Origin: Macrostomum lignano
Lineage: Eukaryota
Assembly: GCA_002269645.1 (NCBI GenBank)
Contig: NIVC01000652.1
Location: forward strand, 310,001 to 374,000
DNA length: 64,000 nucleotides
Direction of reading: 5' to 3'
Both the position numbers and the translations under genes were made by a program. The notes beneath the pieces are model-generated. The model was not told the origin of the DNA. It saw nothing but the letters and a program-made list of their open reading frames with translations, and did not search any database. Of this stretch, positions 12,937 to 25,714 are shown in pieces; within the stretch, counting starts at the first letter, position 1, and each line of letters begins with the position of its first letter.

Positions 12937-14028
12937 ATGCTCAAATTCGCCACCTCCGGCATCTTTCTTTTTCGGGACAAATATTACAGACAGATTGATG
13001 GGTGTGCCATGGGCAGCCCTCTCGCCCCAACCCTCGCTAATTTATGCATGGCCCACTGGGAGAAGGACTGGATGGCCCTCCCTTGTGCGCCTCACTTCTA
13101 CAAACGCTACGTCGATGACACGTTTGCGATCTTTGAGGACGAAGCTAAGAAGGACGAGTTTTTTAAGTTAATCAATTCTACTCATGAGAATATCAAATTC
13201 ACGGCGGAGGGGGGAGGCAGGAGACTTCCTTTCTTAGACATTGACGTTGACGCCACCGATGAAACTATTTCGACCAGCGTGTATAGGAAACCTAGCTTTA
13301 CCGGGCTTATGCTTAGGTTTGACGCCTTGTGCCCTAGACAATGGAAAACCGGATTGATTCGTTGCTTTCTTCACCGGGCTTTTTCCACTTGCAGCTCTTG
13401 GAGACTTTTCCACAACGAAGTTGAAATCCTCACCAATCTGCTCAGCTACAATGGCTATCCTAAGAACTTTGTGATGAAAATTGTCAACTCTTTTCTCAAT
13501 GACAAACTGACTGAACCTAATCGGATGAAAGTTCGTGATTCCACCTCTGAATGTCCCTTGATCACTTTGCCTTACTTTGGTGTTTGTTCTATAGAGTTTA
13601 AAAAGAAGTTAGAAAAGCTGCTCCGTAAAGACTTAAACACTCAAATCCGTGTTGTGTTTCGCACCGAAAAGATTGCTAAGTTTGTCTGCAAGTTGAAATC
13701 CAGTGTTCCACGTCCTCTCGCGGCTGGTGTCGTGTATAAATTTGTTTGCTCTGAGGACCAGAGCATCTCCTACATAGGAAAAACTAAACGACACTTATAC
13801 ACGAGGGTCAGAGAGCACTGGCTAAAAAACTCTGCTATTAACGAACACCTGCTAACCTGCAATTCTTGTTGTGAGGCTGAACCACACGAAATGATAAAGG
13901 CTATTGATTTTTGTAATAGAGATCACATGCTCTGCCTATTAGAAGCCCTGTACATTAAGACCAAACAGCCCACGTTAAATAACCAACTTGCGATGGGTGG
14001 GGCTAGCCGTCAACTCAGAATTTTTTAG
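12937..14028 (+). pseudogene. 5'-truncated Penelope RT/GIY-YIG copy (pseudo-LTR part)
   Basis: Same sequence as 15655-16746, offset 2718 nt. Confidence 0.9.
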
Positions 14029-14212
14029 CTGATTTGTCAATGACCGGACTGGCTTGAAACTGATATGCACTTTACCCAACCAATACTGTATCAAAAATTG
14101 ATTACTATGTACAAGTTTTAAACCATCAATTAAAAACTCAATTCAACTACTCTTGTTACTCTCAACTATCTATATATACTGAATATTCGTTCAAATTGTT
14201 TCTCAATAAAAA

Positions 14213-14256
14213 GACCCTGACGATGTCCTAATGCAAATGGACGAAATGCATCGGCA
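14213..14256 (+). ncRNA. Minimal type I hammerhead ribozyme motif
   Basis: CTGACGA-t-GTCC(loop)GGAC-GAAA-TGC-ATC; palindromic ATGCAT stem III; predicted cleavage after C14252. Stem I is short. Confidence 0.7.
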
Positions 14257-14272
14257 ACTCAAATAATACTTC

Positions 14273-16746
14273 ATGTTGATATTTACCTTTATTTATCTAC
14301 TCTTCATCAAGCGAGCCACTTTACCTGATTTCTATTTTGATATCAACCGTCGCTACCCGGACGTCACTGTTCCATTTCTTCGGAGATTTGAGCGCTACGC
14401 CACTGCCCTTGGCAAGTGCCAGGTGGACAGTTGGTTCCTTCAGCAATGTATTGAACTACAGGTTGCACCCAAGTTTGTCCAGTTCAAGAAACCGAACACA
14501 CCTGTTTTTCGTGATCTATCCAACGTTCACAATGCATTGATTCAACAAGAACTTCGAGCTAACCAACGGAAGACTCATCAACTACGGAATCGAGTCCAAG
14601 AACTTAAGTCAAACTTAAGAAATCAGCTGGGTTTGATCTCCTATGCAGTCCTATGGCATCTAGTGAGCAAGTCAACGCAAGAAAAACTTCGAGCGGACCG
14701 CCTGAGACTCGGAAAGAAGCTTCGCAACCTCTGGACCGAGCAGAAGCATCAGACCCATGGAGCCAATACCATCACCAACCTGTCTCGTCACCAACTCACG
14801 GTCACCGAGCTCAACTGTTTGCAACATGGTCTGCGCAACCCGACGCTACCAAAACGCATCAACAAGCTTAAAATCGCTGCTGAAATTGAATCTGGCCTGA
14901 GTAAGTGTCTAAAAACGGACAATTTGCGAGTTGACGGCGCTGTTCCACCCGATAAGCTTAAACACCGTATCATTGCTGAATTTGAAAAGTTTATCTGTAG
15001 AGCTCAAGGATACGTTAACAAGAAAAGCAATAGGCTTATGCACCAGACTATGAACGGTCTCAAGAACAATGACAACATCAAGATCGTTGGTTACGATAAA
15101 GGCTATGGCGTTGCTGTCTTAGACAGTAATGATTATTTCGAGAAACTTGAGAAAGTGATCCAGGACAAACTCAAGTTTCAATGCCTTGGTACGCCGATAA
15201 AGTCACTATGACCCACCCGATTCTGAAAAATGAAAGATCTCTTCAGAATTTTTTGAGAACTTATGTCAAGCCGCATGTGAGCCCTGAGATTTTTAAGGTG
15301 ATTGTCCCAAATGGTAGCCAACCTGGACAACTGTATGGTCTGTGCAAAGTTCATAAGGATGGTCATCCTTTAAGACCAATTGTTTCGATGATCAACACTT
15401 CAGAGTATGAGCTAGCCAAATTCCTTGACAATTTAATTAAACCTGTTATTCCTTCTGAGCACTGTGTGGGATCCAATAAACAGTTTATTGAGAGCCTCAG
15501 CAATACCACGATTAATCAAACTGACAGGCTTTATAGCTTTGATGTTGTTTCACTGTTCACCAACATCCCTCTCGATTTCACCATTGAGCTGGCTGCTGAT
15601 CTTGTGTATGAAAAAACCGATCCACCTCCTTTCTCCAAAGCCACTTTTAAGAAGATGCTCAAATTCGCCACCTCCGGCATCTTTCTTTTTCGGGACAAAT
15701 ATTACAGACAGATTGATGGGTGTGCCATGGGCAGCCCTCTCGCCCCAACCCTCGCTAATTTATGCATGGCCCACTGGGAGAAGGACTGGATGGCCCTCCC
15801 TTGTGCGCCTCACTTCTACAAACGCTACGTCGATGACACGTTTGCGATCTTTGAGGACGAAGCTAAGAAGGACGAGTTTTTTAAGTTAATCAATTCTACT
15901 CATGAGAATATCAAATTCACGGCGGAGGGGGGAGGCAGGAGACTTCCTTTCTTAGACATTGACGTTGACGCCACCGATGAAACTATTTCGACCAGCGTGT
16001 ATAGGAAACCTAGCTTTACCGGGCTTATGCTTAGGTTTGACGCCTTGTGCCCTAGACAATGGAAAACCGGATTGATTCGTTGCTTTCTTCACCGGGCTTT
16101 TTCCACTTGCAGCTCTTGGAGACTTTTCCACAACGAAGTTGAAATCCTCACCAATCTGCTCAGCTACAATGGCTATCCTAAGAACTTTGTGATGAAAATT
16201 GTCAACTCTTTTCTCAATGACAAACTGACTGAACCTAATCGGATGAAAGTTCGTGATTCCACCTCTGAATGTCCCTTGATCACTTTGCCTTACTTTGGTG
16301 TTTGTTCTATAGAGTTTAAAAAGAAGTTAGAAAAGCTGCTCCGTAAAGACTTAAACACTCAAATCCGTGTTGTGTTTCGCACCGAAAAGATTGCTAAGTT
16401 TGTCTGCAAGTTGAAATCCAGTGTTCCACGTCCTCTCGCGGCTGGTGTCGTGTATAAATTTGTTTGCTCTGAGGACCAGAGCATCTCCTACATAGGAAAA
16501 ACTAAACGACACTTATACACGAGGGTCAGAGAGCACTGGCTAAAAAACTCTGCTATTAACGAACACCTGCTAACCTGCAATTCTTGTTGTGAGGCTGAAC
16601 CACACGAAATGATAAAGGCTATTGATTTTTGTAATAGAGATCACATGCTCTGCCTATTAGAAGCCCTGTACATTAAGACCAAACAGCCCACGTTAAATAA
16701 CCAACTTGCGATGGGTGGGGCTAGCCGTCAACTCAGAATTTTTTAG
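14273..16746 (+). CDS. Penelope-like RT-GIY-YIG endonuclease polyprotein, split by a -1 frameshift at ~15180-15210
   Basis: RT motifs QIDGCAMGSPLAPTLANL and YKRYVDDTF; GIY-YIG VVYKFVC...SYIGKTKRHLYTRVREH; N-terminal FLQQCIELQVAPKFVQFK segment. Confidence 0.9.
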
Positions 16747-16930
16747 CTGATTTGTCAATGACCGGACTGGCTTGAAACTGATATGCACTTTACCCAACCA
16801 ATACTGTATCAAAAATTGATTACTATGTACAAGTTTTAAACCATCAATTAAAAACTCAATTCAACTACTCTTGTTACTCTCAACTATCTATATATACTGA
16901 ATATTCGTTCAAATTGTTTCTCAATAAAAA

Positions 16931-16974
16931 GACCCTGACGATGTCCTAATGCAAATGGACGAAATGCATCGGCA
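16931..16974 (+). ncRNA. Minimal type I hammerhead ribozyme motif (3' copy)
   Basis: Identical motif; predicted cleavage after C16970. Confidence 0.7.
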
Positions 16975-17548
16975 ACTCAAATAATACTTCATGTTGATAT
17001 TTACCTTTATTTAGGTAATTATCAATTTTTAATTGTTAGGAATAGTTAGCTTATGTTACAATTAACAAATATTTAACACCAAACTAAATGACAAAACAAA
17101 TATATTAGGTAATCAGCCTCCTAGACCCTTACTAGCATAGTCTTAAAGTATAATAATATTTAATATTTATTTAATATTTTAATATTTAGACTTAGAAACT
17201 TTATCTTATTCTGATATTTCAATGTTTAACACTATCCATGATCATTGATTTCAATTAGCTACATGCTCTATACTAACATAATATATGTTTAGTAATCTAA
17301 CACATAAGGCTAGGCTATGTAAGAGCCAATACAAAACTGGGAAAAGCACAATTGAGAGTTCCAGGCAAGAAAGGAGCATGGAATTTGAATTCAATTCATG
17401 CAGTATTTAGAGTGAATATTTGAGTGCATTAAAACAAACTTAGTATAGTATTCATAACTTAATGATTGCATATTAGTAGTTGGTGCTTCTAGGAATTATG
17501 AAGCAAGTTATTAATTAATATTTAAATATTAGTCACAATGTTATAATA

Positions 17549-18900
17549 CTTCGCCTGTCCGGAAAGTCGTGAGAATGTGTCAGTCAAGCAAGAAAGCAGC
17601 AAGCTGATGACATGGCACACATAAAATTTCAATAATAGACTTATATATGTCTATGGTGAAAATTTTTGTTATTCTAGCAGCAAAATTGGGGGCAGGGGCG
17701 AGCTCAGCATAAAGTGCTCAATAACCAATGCAACGCAGTGATCAAGCTTGAAAAATTTAATAGCAAGTTCGTCAAAATGGAAGATTTCCAGGCTTATGCC
17801 TATGCTAGATACTGTCTTGGAATCTCTGCTATTAGTTGTTATGACGAACTACTTAAAGTTTATGGAGATGCCGCACCAGGTCAGTCAACGGTTTACAGAT
17901 GGTACTCAAAGTTCCGTGATGAAGCATTTCCCCTGGCCTCAGCTCCTCGGACTGGCCGGCCACAGTCAACAAGGACAACGGAACTGATCGAAACCTGCCG
18001 AGCTCTCGTTGAAGAGGATTCAAAAGTTAGTGTCCGAGACCTCGCCGACTTTTTGGAAGTTGGTAAAACAACAGTGCACAAAATTTTGACCGAGGATTTG
18101 CACCTTCGAAACGTTTCTGCCATCTGGGTTCCTCATGCTCTATCCGAGGAGAACAAGACTGCTCGCATCAATTGTGCCAAGCAAATCCGCAGGCTTTTTT
18201 ACAACGAGGGGGTGGAAAACTTTTGCGACAAGTATGTGGTGGAAGATGAGACGTGGGTGTACCTGAACAACACTGGCACAAAGCAAAACAACAGGTGCTG
18301 GCTTGGCCAAGGAGATCATTGGCCCCAGGTTGTCAGGCACTCGGTTGGGAATGCAAAGACAATGCTTCTGGTTGCTTTCACTCCAAGCAAGTGCTTCTCC
18401 ATTAAATCCACAGCCCCGAAGCAAACTGTTGATGCAGATGGCATAGTTGAATTCATTCGGCACATGGGAGACCGATGGCGTACTCTGAGGTCAAAGCCAA
18501 TTCACCTGTCGGATGTTCTTTGGCAGTGGGACAATGCGCGACCTCACGTAGCCCGTTCTGTGCAGCAGTACATGGAGTCCCATGGAGTTCAGCTGGTGTT
18601 TCAGAGTCCCTACAGCCCAGACTTCAATCTGTGCGACCGTTTTTTGTTCAGTTGGATGAAGAATGATTTCTCCAGGTGAGTATTCAGCGACCACAATGAA
18701 GTTCGAGAAGCTGCGTTGCAGTGGGCAAGAAGCCTTGACGAAGATTGTTTAAAAAGAGAGGTTCAGCAACTCGTTGACCATTGCCAAGCTGTAATCAATG
18801 CAAGGGGAGATTACATTACCAACTAGTGCTGTTGTCGTGTTTTTTGATAGTTCTGACTGGTTTTTTAAATACATTCTCGCGACTTTCCGGACAGCCGAAG
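17549..18900 (+). mobile_element. Mariner (Tc1/mariner, DD34D) DNA transposon
   Basis: 30-bp TIR CTTCGCCTGTCCGGAAAGTCGTGAGAATGT with a 2-mismatch inverse at 18871-18900; TA on both flanks. Confidence 0.95.
17777..18826 (+). pseudogene. Mariner transposase (~349 codons) with one in-frame TGA at 18677-18679
   Basis: WVPHAL, EDETW, DNARPH, YSPDFNLCD (34 residues between the 2nd and 3rd D). The frame continues past the TGA to ...ARGDYITN*. Confidence 0.9.
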
Positions 18901-20398
18901 TATATCTGAGGGGCCATACCACACTAGTACATTTGATATATTAATGAGTATATTTTGTCTAGCATAAACTACTGAATATAGCATATAATCAAAATATTTT
19001 TTGAAAATTTCTTGTGCATGTATTAACATAATCCTGACTATGGATTTAATGTAGATTAAAATAAAATATAAATATTGATTCCTGCCATATTGAATAAATC
19101 TTTGGTTAGTTACTTATTTATCAAAATTAGTCATTTTTTGTCAGAATCAATCTCAAACTAACATAGATACTGACAAACCATTTTAGTATATGGATGTATA
19201 TTTGTATATTAGTTCAAAGCTACAGTTATAAACAAGTTCCTAGAAGCTTTAAAAGTTTGTTGAAAATGTTTATATAATAATAGTAATTTTATATTTTCTG
19301 TAACCATAATATTGTATTTTCAGCTTCCATCCATATGGACTGCAGATGGGGTGATTGGGGATTTGAATACTAGACTGCCTACAGCTTGTTGTGTATGATA
19401 GGTAAGAGAATGATGACCTCCAAGGTGTATGGACACTTTGAGATAGAAGTAGAAAGGCTAGGAGTGTACAGACACTCATCCAGCTCTACAGCAAGAGGTA
19501 GATATAGATAAGGAGGCTGTGAGCAAGTAGCTATAGCAGCAGCAAAGGTGAGCACAGGTCTAGAGGCATATAGACACTTTGTAGACCCAAATGAAGATAG
19601 TGGTGAGAAAAGTGTATAATAAAGATAGGAGAAATGAATGAAAGCAAATACTGTCTTATTAGGAGGGGTCACTTGATGTGCTCATATAGGCCTGGCCTCT
19701 ATATTTTATTCTGCTCAACTGTTGCTGACTTGCACAAGCACAAAGTACGTAGTAGTAGAGAGAGAGCAGGGCAGGATAGAGCCAGGCATGGGCCATGTAT
19801 GCAAATAAATACTGGTTGAAAACAGGAGGCTAGGTGGGGCTAAGCCACACAAGGCTAGGGGATGGGGGCAAAACTCAAAGAGTTAAAGGGTAAGAGAGAA
19901 AGAAAAAGGAAGGCCAGCCAATCAGGTGCCTCTGTGGTAGAGAGTGCAGGGTTTAGGACAAGGACATTGCAAGGCATAGCTCACAACATATTGCTTACCT
20001 ATTTTTCGAAAGAATGTAGCTAATTTGCATTTTTTGTATTTATTAATATTTAAGTTTAATATTTAATTAAACTATCTAAAATTTAGCTTAATTGGTATTT
20101 TGTCAATTTGCCCTCTATTTCTAATTTAGATGTAGTGATTGATGCTTTTTAGCACCAGTGCAACTAGTTGGTGGCCAATATTCATCAACAATGATTAGTT
20201 TTTCTTCTTTTTCCCCATCAGCATCCAAACCAATATTAGCATCAGAACTGTTTCTTTTTAGAGAAGTACTCATTTTAATGTTTTTGCCTTTCATTTCAAT
20301 GCAATGTTGTTCACCAACTGGTTCCCGTGAAACAAAGTCATTGTCACTATTTTAAGCATCATTGATACCCGCAATTAACCAGCTTAGCAACTCACAAG

Positions 20399-21292
20399 CA
20401 GTGTTGGGCATAGGTCTGATACTCCAATACTCCGATAGTATTGCGGATACCATTTGAGTATCGGAGTATTGGACCTAGTTACTTTTTTCTCAGTATTGGA
20501 CCTTGGTATTGCCGATACATTTTCTTAAGTACAATAATCCAATACATTTAATCAAACTAATAGTAATAAATTTGACTAAAAAGCCTAGAAAGTATTAAAG
20601 AAAGTAACAAAAATACAAATAGATGGTAATCTTTTCATCTTGATGTACTAGGTAGGTACAAATTCTAATATAAATATAATGAAAGTTCTCCATGCTAAGC
20701 GCGCTCCACTGGCCAATTCGACCCTCATGATGATAAGGCTGGTACTTCTCTGGGGCAATCAGCATATCCCGCTCGAGCCACTCTGACTTGAATTCTGAAA
20801 TGATATTAGCTATTAGGCAAGTAGGTTCCTGTTAAAAATTGTTCATAAATGTAATTTAATGAAAGCCAAGTAACATCTAATTTCTAATTAATGAGTTGGA
20901 GTTTTTACATATCATGTGCATTATTATTTTTGTATCATCTATCATGTAGTCTTTTCATCTTAATGTACTATGTAGGTGAAAATGCTAATATAAAAATATT
21001 GAAAATTTATAACAATATTTTGCCCATTTAATTGGTCAGCCACATCTCACTAGAGTCTTTAGTGTCTAAAAATTAAGTAGCTAAGAGCTTTTTCTTCATT
21101 TTTGGCTTGATAGATGCAGAAAAGTGAGAAAACGCAAAAAAATGATGTATCGGACCAAGTATCGGAATAAAGTATTGCGCAATACTCAAATTTTGGTATT
21201 GGACCAACAAATATCGCCAATACCTTTTAGAGTATCGGTATTGGAGTATCGCTTTCAAACGATACTTTTTTAAAGTATCGGGCCCAACACTG
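20399..21292. mobile_element. Non-autonomous hAT-like element
   Basis: TIR CAGTGTTGGG / CCCAACACTG; 8-bp TSD CTCACAAG / CTCATAAG; GATAC/GTATC subterminal repeats. Confidence 0.8.
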
Positions 21293-22530
21293 CTCATAAG
21301 TGACCTACCTATTCATTGGCTGCCAGCTTCTGAGCATTCTGCATCACAATCTGCTTGAAGTTGTACATGCCATTATCATTACTAGGCAGTTGTAGATGAC
21401 CACAGTGGGTCCTGAGTCTTCTCACCTTGGTTGTGTTCTTTTTGATCATTGCACATTGCCAACAGTCTAGCCATGAACTTCTTCCACTATAGCTATCATT
21501 TTGGGCCATTAGCTGACCCAAGTTGTTGCAGGTCAGAAAAATGTCAAATTGAGCAGAGCTAATGCTTTCTGTTTTCATTTTAGGCAATAACTTTTAATTT
21601 AAGTTACAAGTATTTAAGACAATTTATTGCTATGCGTATGGTCTAAACATCAAACAGAGACAATAAGTGTTAGAAAAAAACAATGTTTAAAAATGTATAT
21701 TATAGACTAATTAATGTCTGATGACAATAATTCTAGCATTGAATCTTCTTTGTAATAAGTTTTGCTAAGTGTACTAAATTCTAGGTCTAGTAAAAGTTGC
21801 AATTCTAAAAGGTATAAATGAAAGCTAAATATTAAACTAGAGTTGTTATAACTACAAATGCTAATTACTATGGAACTAGTAAAGAATGCTAGAACCATAA
21901 TAAATGTAGCAACATTAGATCTAAAAGCTGAGTAGTCATATTGATTTGCTAGTTATTAGGACTGCATTGTTCTTTCTCTTGACTAGTGATTAGCAATAAT
22001 GTCACTCAAGCTGTCTTGCAATCTCTATATTGTATATTCTAGTGATCTTGAATATATCTATGAAAATTGATAATTTTGTATAACTAACATTAAAATTAAG
22101 AATGTACAACTTAGATATAAAGCAACTCGGATGCCAAATAAAATGATTGGTATAGGAGCTCTTTTTATCAAGCCAAGCCAAATGTGATTGGGTTGAATAA
22201 ACCCAAAGAATGAAGCTAATTCTTTGTCATACAATATAAATACAAGCTATAGTTGATGTATTGCATACACTCATGTACTGAGGTTCCCACAGTCACAAGT
22301 AGCAGTTTGTCAAGATGCCAACTTCAATAGGTGAGGACCTTGAGGTGCTCATTGATGCGAGTAAAAAAATTAATATCATTTTTATCTTAGGTAACCATCT
22401 TATTAACTTATTGACTACCTTTATTAACAATGCAGTTATTCATGTAAAGTCGCATTGGAGATGGTGCTCACGGCCGTATTGATAGCTGCTAAAAAATCTT
22501 CAATATATTCTGCTCCAAAGGCAGTCAGCA

Positions 22531-24866
22531 ATGCACCACGGTCACAGTCACGATCACGATCACGGCCACAGCCACGGAGGCCACGACCCGTTCGCCGGCA
22601 TGACACCCGGCGCCATGGCCGCCGCAGCCGCAGCTGCCGCAGCTCCGATCCCCATGGACTCGGAGGGCAAGGCCTATCCTGTGGACCCGGCCTACCGGAT
22701 GCAGACCCAGCAGCAACAACAGCAGCAGCAGCAGGTACAACAGGACACCAGCAACTGGGACATGGTCAAGGCCTGTCAGTACGGAGTTGTGCCAAGAGTT
22801 CGCGAGCTGCTTAACAGCGGCTTCGATGCCAACACGCTGGACAGTCAGGGCGTTTCGCCGCTGCACTGGGCCGCCATCAACAACAGGCTGGAGATCATGC
22901 AGATGCTGGTCAACCACGGTGCCATTGTTGACCGTCCCGGTGGCGATCTGCAGGTCTGGATAGTGAAGGAGAGGGGGTCTGGGGCAGCGGGTCGTGAGAG
23001 ATATGGGAATTACTCATTCATAATCTGTCTTAGCTATTATAGTCTCAGATACGACTCAACGGCCCAAGAGTCATTACAGAAGTGCTCAGAGTCACTTGCG
23101 TCGCCCCAGAGTCGGTTCTGAGTCGCAGACAGTAAAAAACGCCTTACGACTTAGGCGACTTGTACCGGCCGTGACATCTCGTATTCCTATTTTACCTGTG
23201 TTACCTGCAGCGACTCTGAGGTGACGCAAGTGACTCTGGGCTGCTTTCTTGGCCTTGGTGCCGTTTGCATCGGGTAATTTCCGTAGTTGTTCTTCACGCT
23301 TCTTATCTGAAATGCCATTGATGATCGCAGGGCACCCCTCTGCACTGGGCCTGTCGCCAAGGCAACCTGTCTGCCTGCTGCTTGCTGATGCGGATGGGCG
23401 CCAATCCGCTGCTGACAGACGCTGAGGGCCTCGCCTGCCTGCACCTGGCTGCCCAGTTCGGCTACACGCACATCCTGGCCTACCTGCTGGCCAAGGGCGC
23501 CGACCCCAACCTGCGCGACTGCAAAGGCATGACGGCCCTCATGTGGACGGCGCTGAGGGTGCTGCAGCCCGACGCCACCCGGGTGCTGCTGGCCTTTGAC
23601 GCCAACCCGAACGCGTCCGAGCCGAACAGCGGCAACACGCCGGCGCACTTTGCTGCTCTGGGCGGCAACCAGATCGTCCTCGGCTGCCTGGACCGCGCCG
23701 GCGTCGACTGGACGGCCATCAACGCCAACGGCGAGACGCCCGTGCAGATTCTGCAGCAGAAGAAAATGCGCTGGCTGGCCGAACGGCTCAAGGAGATGAT
23801 GTCGGACCGGGGGATACTGCGCGACTCGTCGGCTAGCGCTGGCGGCTTCTTCCGGTCGTTGGCCACCAGGGAGAACCGGCGCTGGTGCATGCTGGCGGTG
23901 CCCAGCCTCCTGCTGGCCTGCGCCGGCCTCATCTTCCACGCCGCCATCTCCTACGTGCTGAAGCTGGCGCTACTAGTCGGCCTGGCCGTGTTCTTCCGCC
24001 TGGTGTTCAGCCGGAAGTGCCTGGACCTGCGCTACCCCATGCTGCTGCCGTTCGGGCTGGCCGTGGGCTCCGAGGTGATCCTGACGTCTACCTGCGTGCT
24101 GCTGATGTTCCCCTACAATAGCTATGGGGACATTGTGCTGTTCACCACCGTCATATCCGGCATGTTCTACTTTCATTGGCGCTGCGCTGTGCGGGACCCC
24201 GGCTTCCTGAAGATCGACAAGACCGCCCGCGTGCAGTCCATCGTGCGCACCTGCGAGGATCCATCGGCCAGTTTCGATAACTTCTGCTCCACCTGCCTCA
24301 TCCAGAAGCCGCTCCGGTCCAAGCACTGCGACATGTGCGGCCGCTGTGTGGCCCGCATGGACCACCACTGCCCCTGGGTGTACAACTGCGTGGGCGTGGC
24401 CAACCACCGCACCTTCGTTGGCTACCTCACCGGCGTGGTGCTCGGCACCTCCATGTTCCTGAAGATGTTCCTGTCCTACGTGTACCACCCGGACAGCTCC
24501 TGCAGCCTGGACTGGGACACCGTGGGGCTCAAAGCTCTGTTCACCAGGACTCCAATCTGCTCAACCTGGGCATTCTTCTGCGCTTGCCTCGACTCGCTGT
24601 ACCTATTCTGGGTTGCTATGCTGTTGCTAAGCCAGCTGTGGCAGATGCTGTGCGTCAACATGACAACCAACGAGCGATTCAATTCTTTCCGCTACGCTCA
24701 CTTCCAGACCAGCATGCCGAAAGTGCTCAAGAGCCCCTTCAACCAGGGCGTCTTCAAGAATTTCAAGGATTATTTCCTCACGCACAGCAGCGCCTCGCCC
24801 TGGTTCCACGTCTACGATGTCGACGACTTGAAGAGTCCACCGAAGCCCCCAACTCAGTCAGTGTAG
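22531..24866 (+). CDS. ZDHHC17: Ankyrin-repeat DHHC palmitoyltransferase (HIP14/Akr1 family)
   Basis: Exons 22531-22953 and 23331-24866. Ankyrin repeats (SPLHWAAINN, TPLHWAC), TM helices, CRD CSTCLIQKPLRSKHCDMCGRCVARMDHHCPWV, NMTTNE motif. Confidence 0.92.
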
Positions 24867-24939
24867 GAGACTTGATATCTAGCCCAGCATGCCAATGGCG
24901 ATTTTGCCGACTGAGTCTCGCTGGTGATATCCATTAATG

Positions 24940-25170
24940 TCTACTTGCAGTAGAAATGTGAGAATATTGCACTTATAAAATTAATAATAAAAATAGAATT
25001 GTATCCACTATTCTACTTGCAGTAGAAATATGAAAATATTGCACTTATAAAATTGATGATAAAAATAGAATTTTACTATTCTACTTGCAGTAGAAATATA
25101 AGAATATTGCGCGTATAAAAAGAATAATAATAATAGAGTTTTATCAACTTTTCTACTTGAAGTAGAAATA
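24940..25170. repeat. Short ~63-bp tandem repeat with internal hairpin (TTCTACTTGCAGTAGAA)
   Basis: 3-4 degenerate copies downstream of the ZDHHC17 stop, containing AATAAA-like signals. Confidence 0.6.
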
Positions 25171-25714
25171 CAAGATTTTTTTTAGACCGATTTTTCTTCA
25201 TCTGGAGAAAAACCGAAGGAACTGCAATGTCACTTTTTGAATTGAAGAACTTTTGAAGTGATTGGGTATGTTTTTTTATTCACCTGCGGTCGATGGGGTC
25301 GGGGGTTATTCACCTGTGAAATCAATCTGTTTTCATTGCTCAGCTGAGCTGACGGCTATTGTATAATTTGCTGTAATGTAAACTGCTTTCGTCATTTTGT
25401 AGCCCATTTGCTTTTTATACTGAAATTCCAAATCTAAGAGACTGTCTTTGCATTGCAAATGCTTTTTACTGTTTATTTGTACGTGTTTGTAACTCTCCCT
25501 AATCCCTTTGCTTAATGCCTACGAGTTCCGCTATGGAACCACTTCGGTGGCTGATCCTTTATCCTTGTACTTTTGTCTTAATTGCGCGTTTAATTTGATT
25601 GTTACCTTTGGTGATTAATTATTGACTTCCATGGGTAGCCTGACTCTGTGAGCCCTTGAATAAGTTCTTGAAGTTCTTGGATTGGTCTTTTTGTGGGGAG
25701 TTATTGATACTTTA

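Larger units (their letters stand above)
11647..17011 (+). mobile_element. Penelope-like retroelement (RT + GIY-YIG): partial tandem with inverted 5' arm
   Basis: Inverted truncated copy 11644-12919, truncated + copy 12927-~14330, full unit to 17011. TSD TAGGTAATTATCAAT at 11632-11646 and 17012-17026. Copies appear identical. Confidence 0.95.

Noticed and set aside
11946-12980. 344-aa - strand ORF as an independent gene
   Set aside because: Inverted truncated Penelope copy; its N-terminus is an artefact of reading across the junction.
20727-20798. ATGATGA...CTGA as a C/D box snoRNA
   Set aside because: Inside a hAT MITE, not intronic, no clear terminal stem, and no guide target I can identify.
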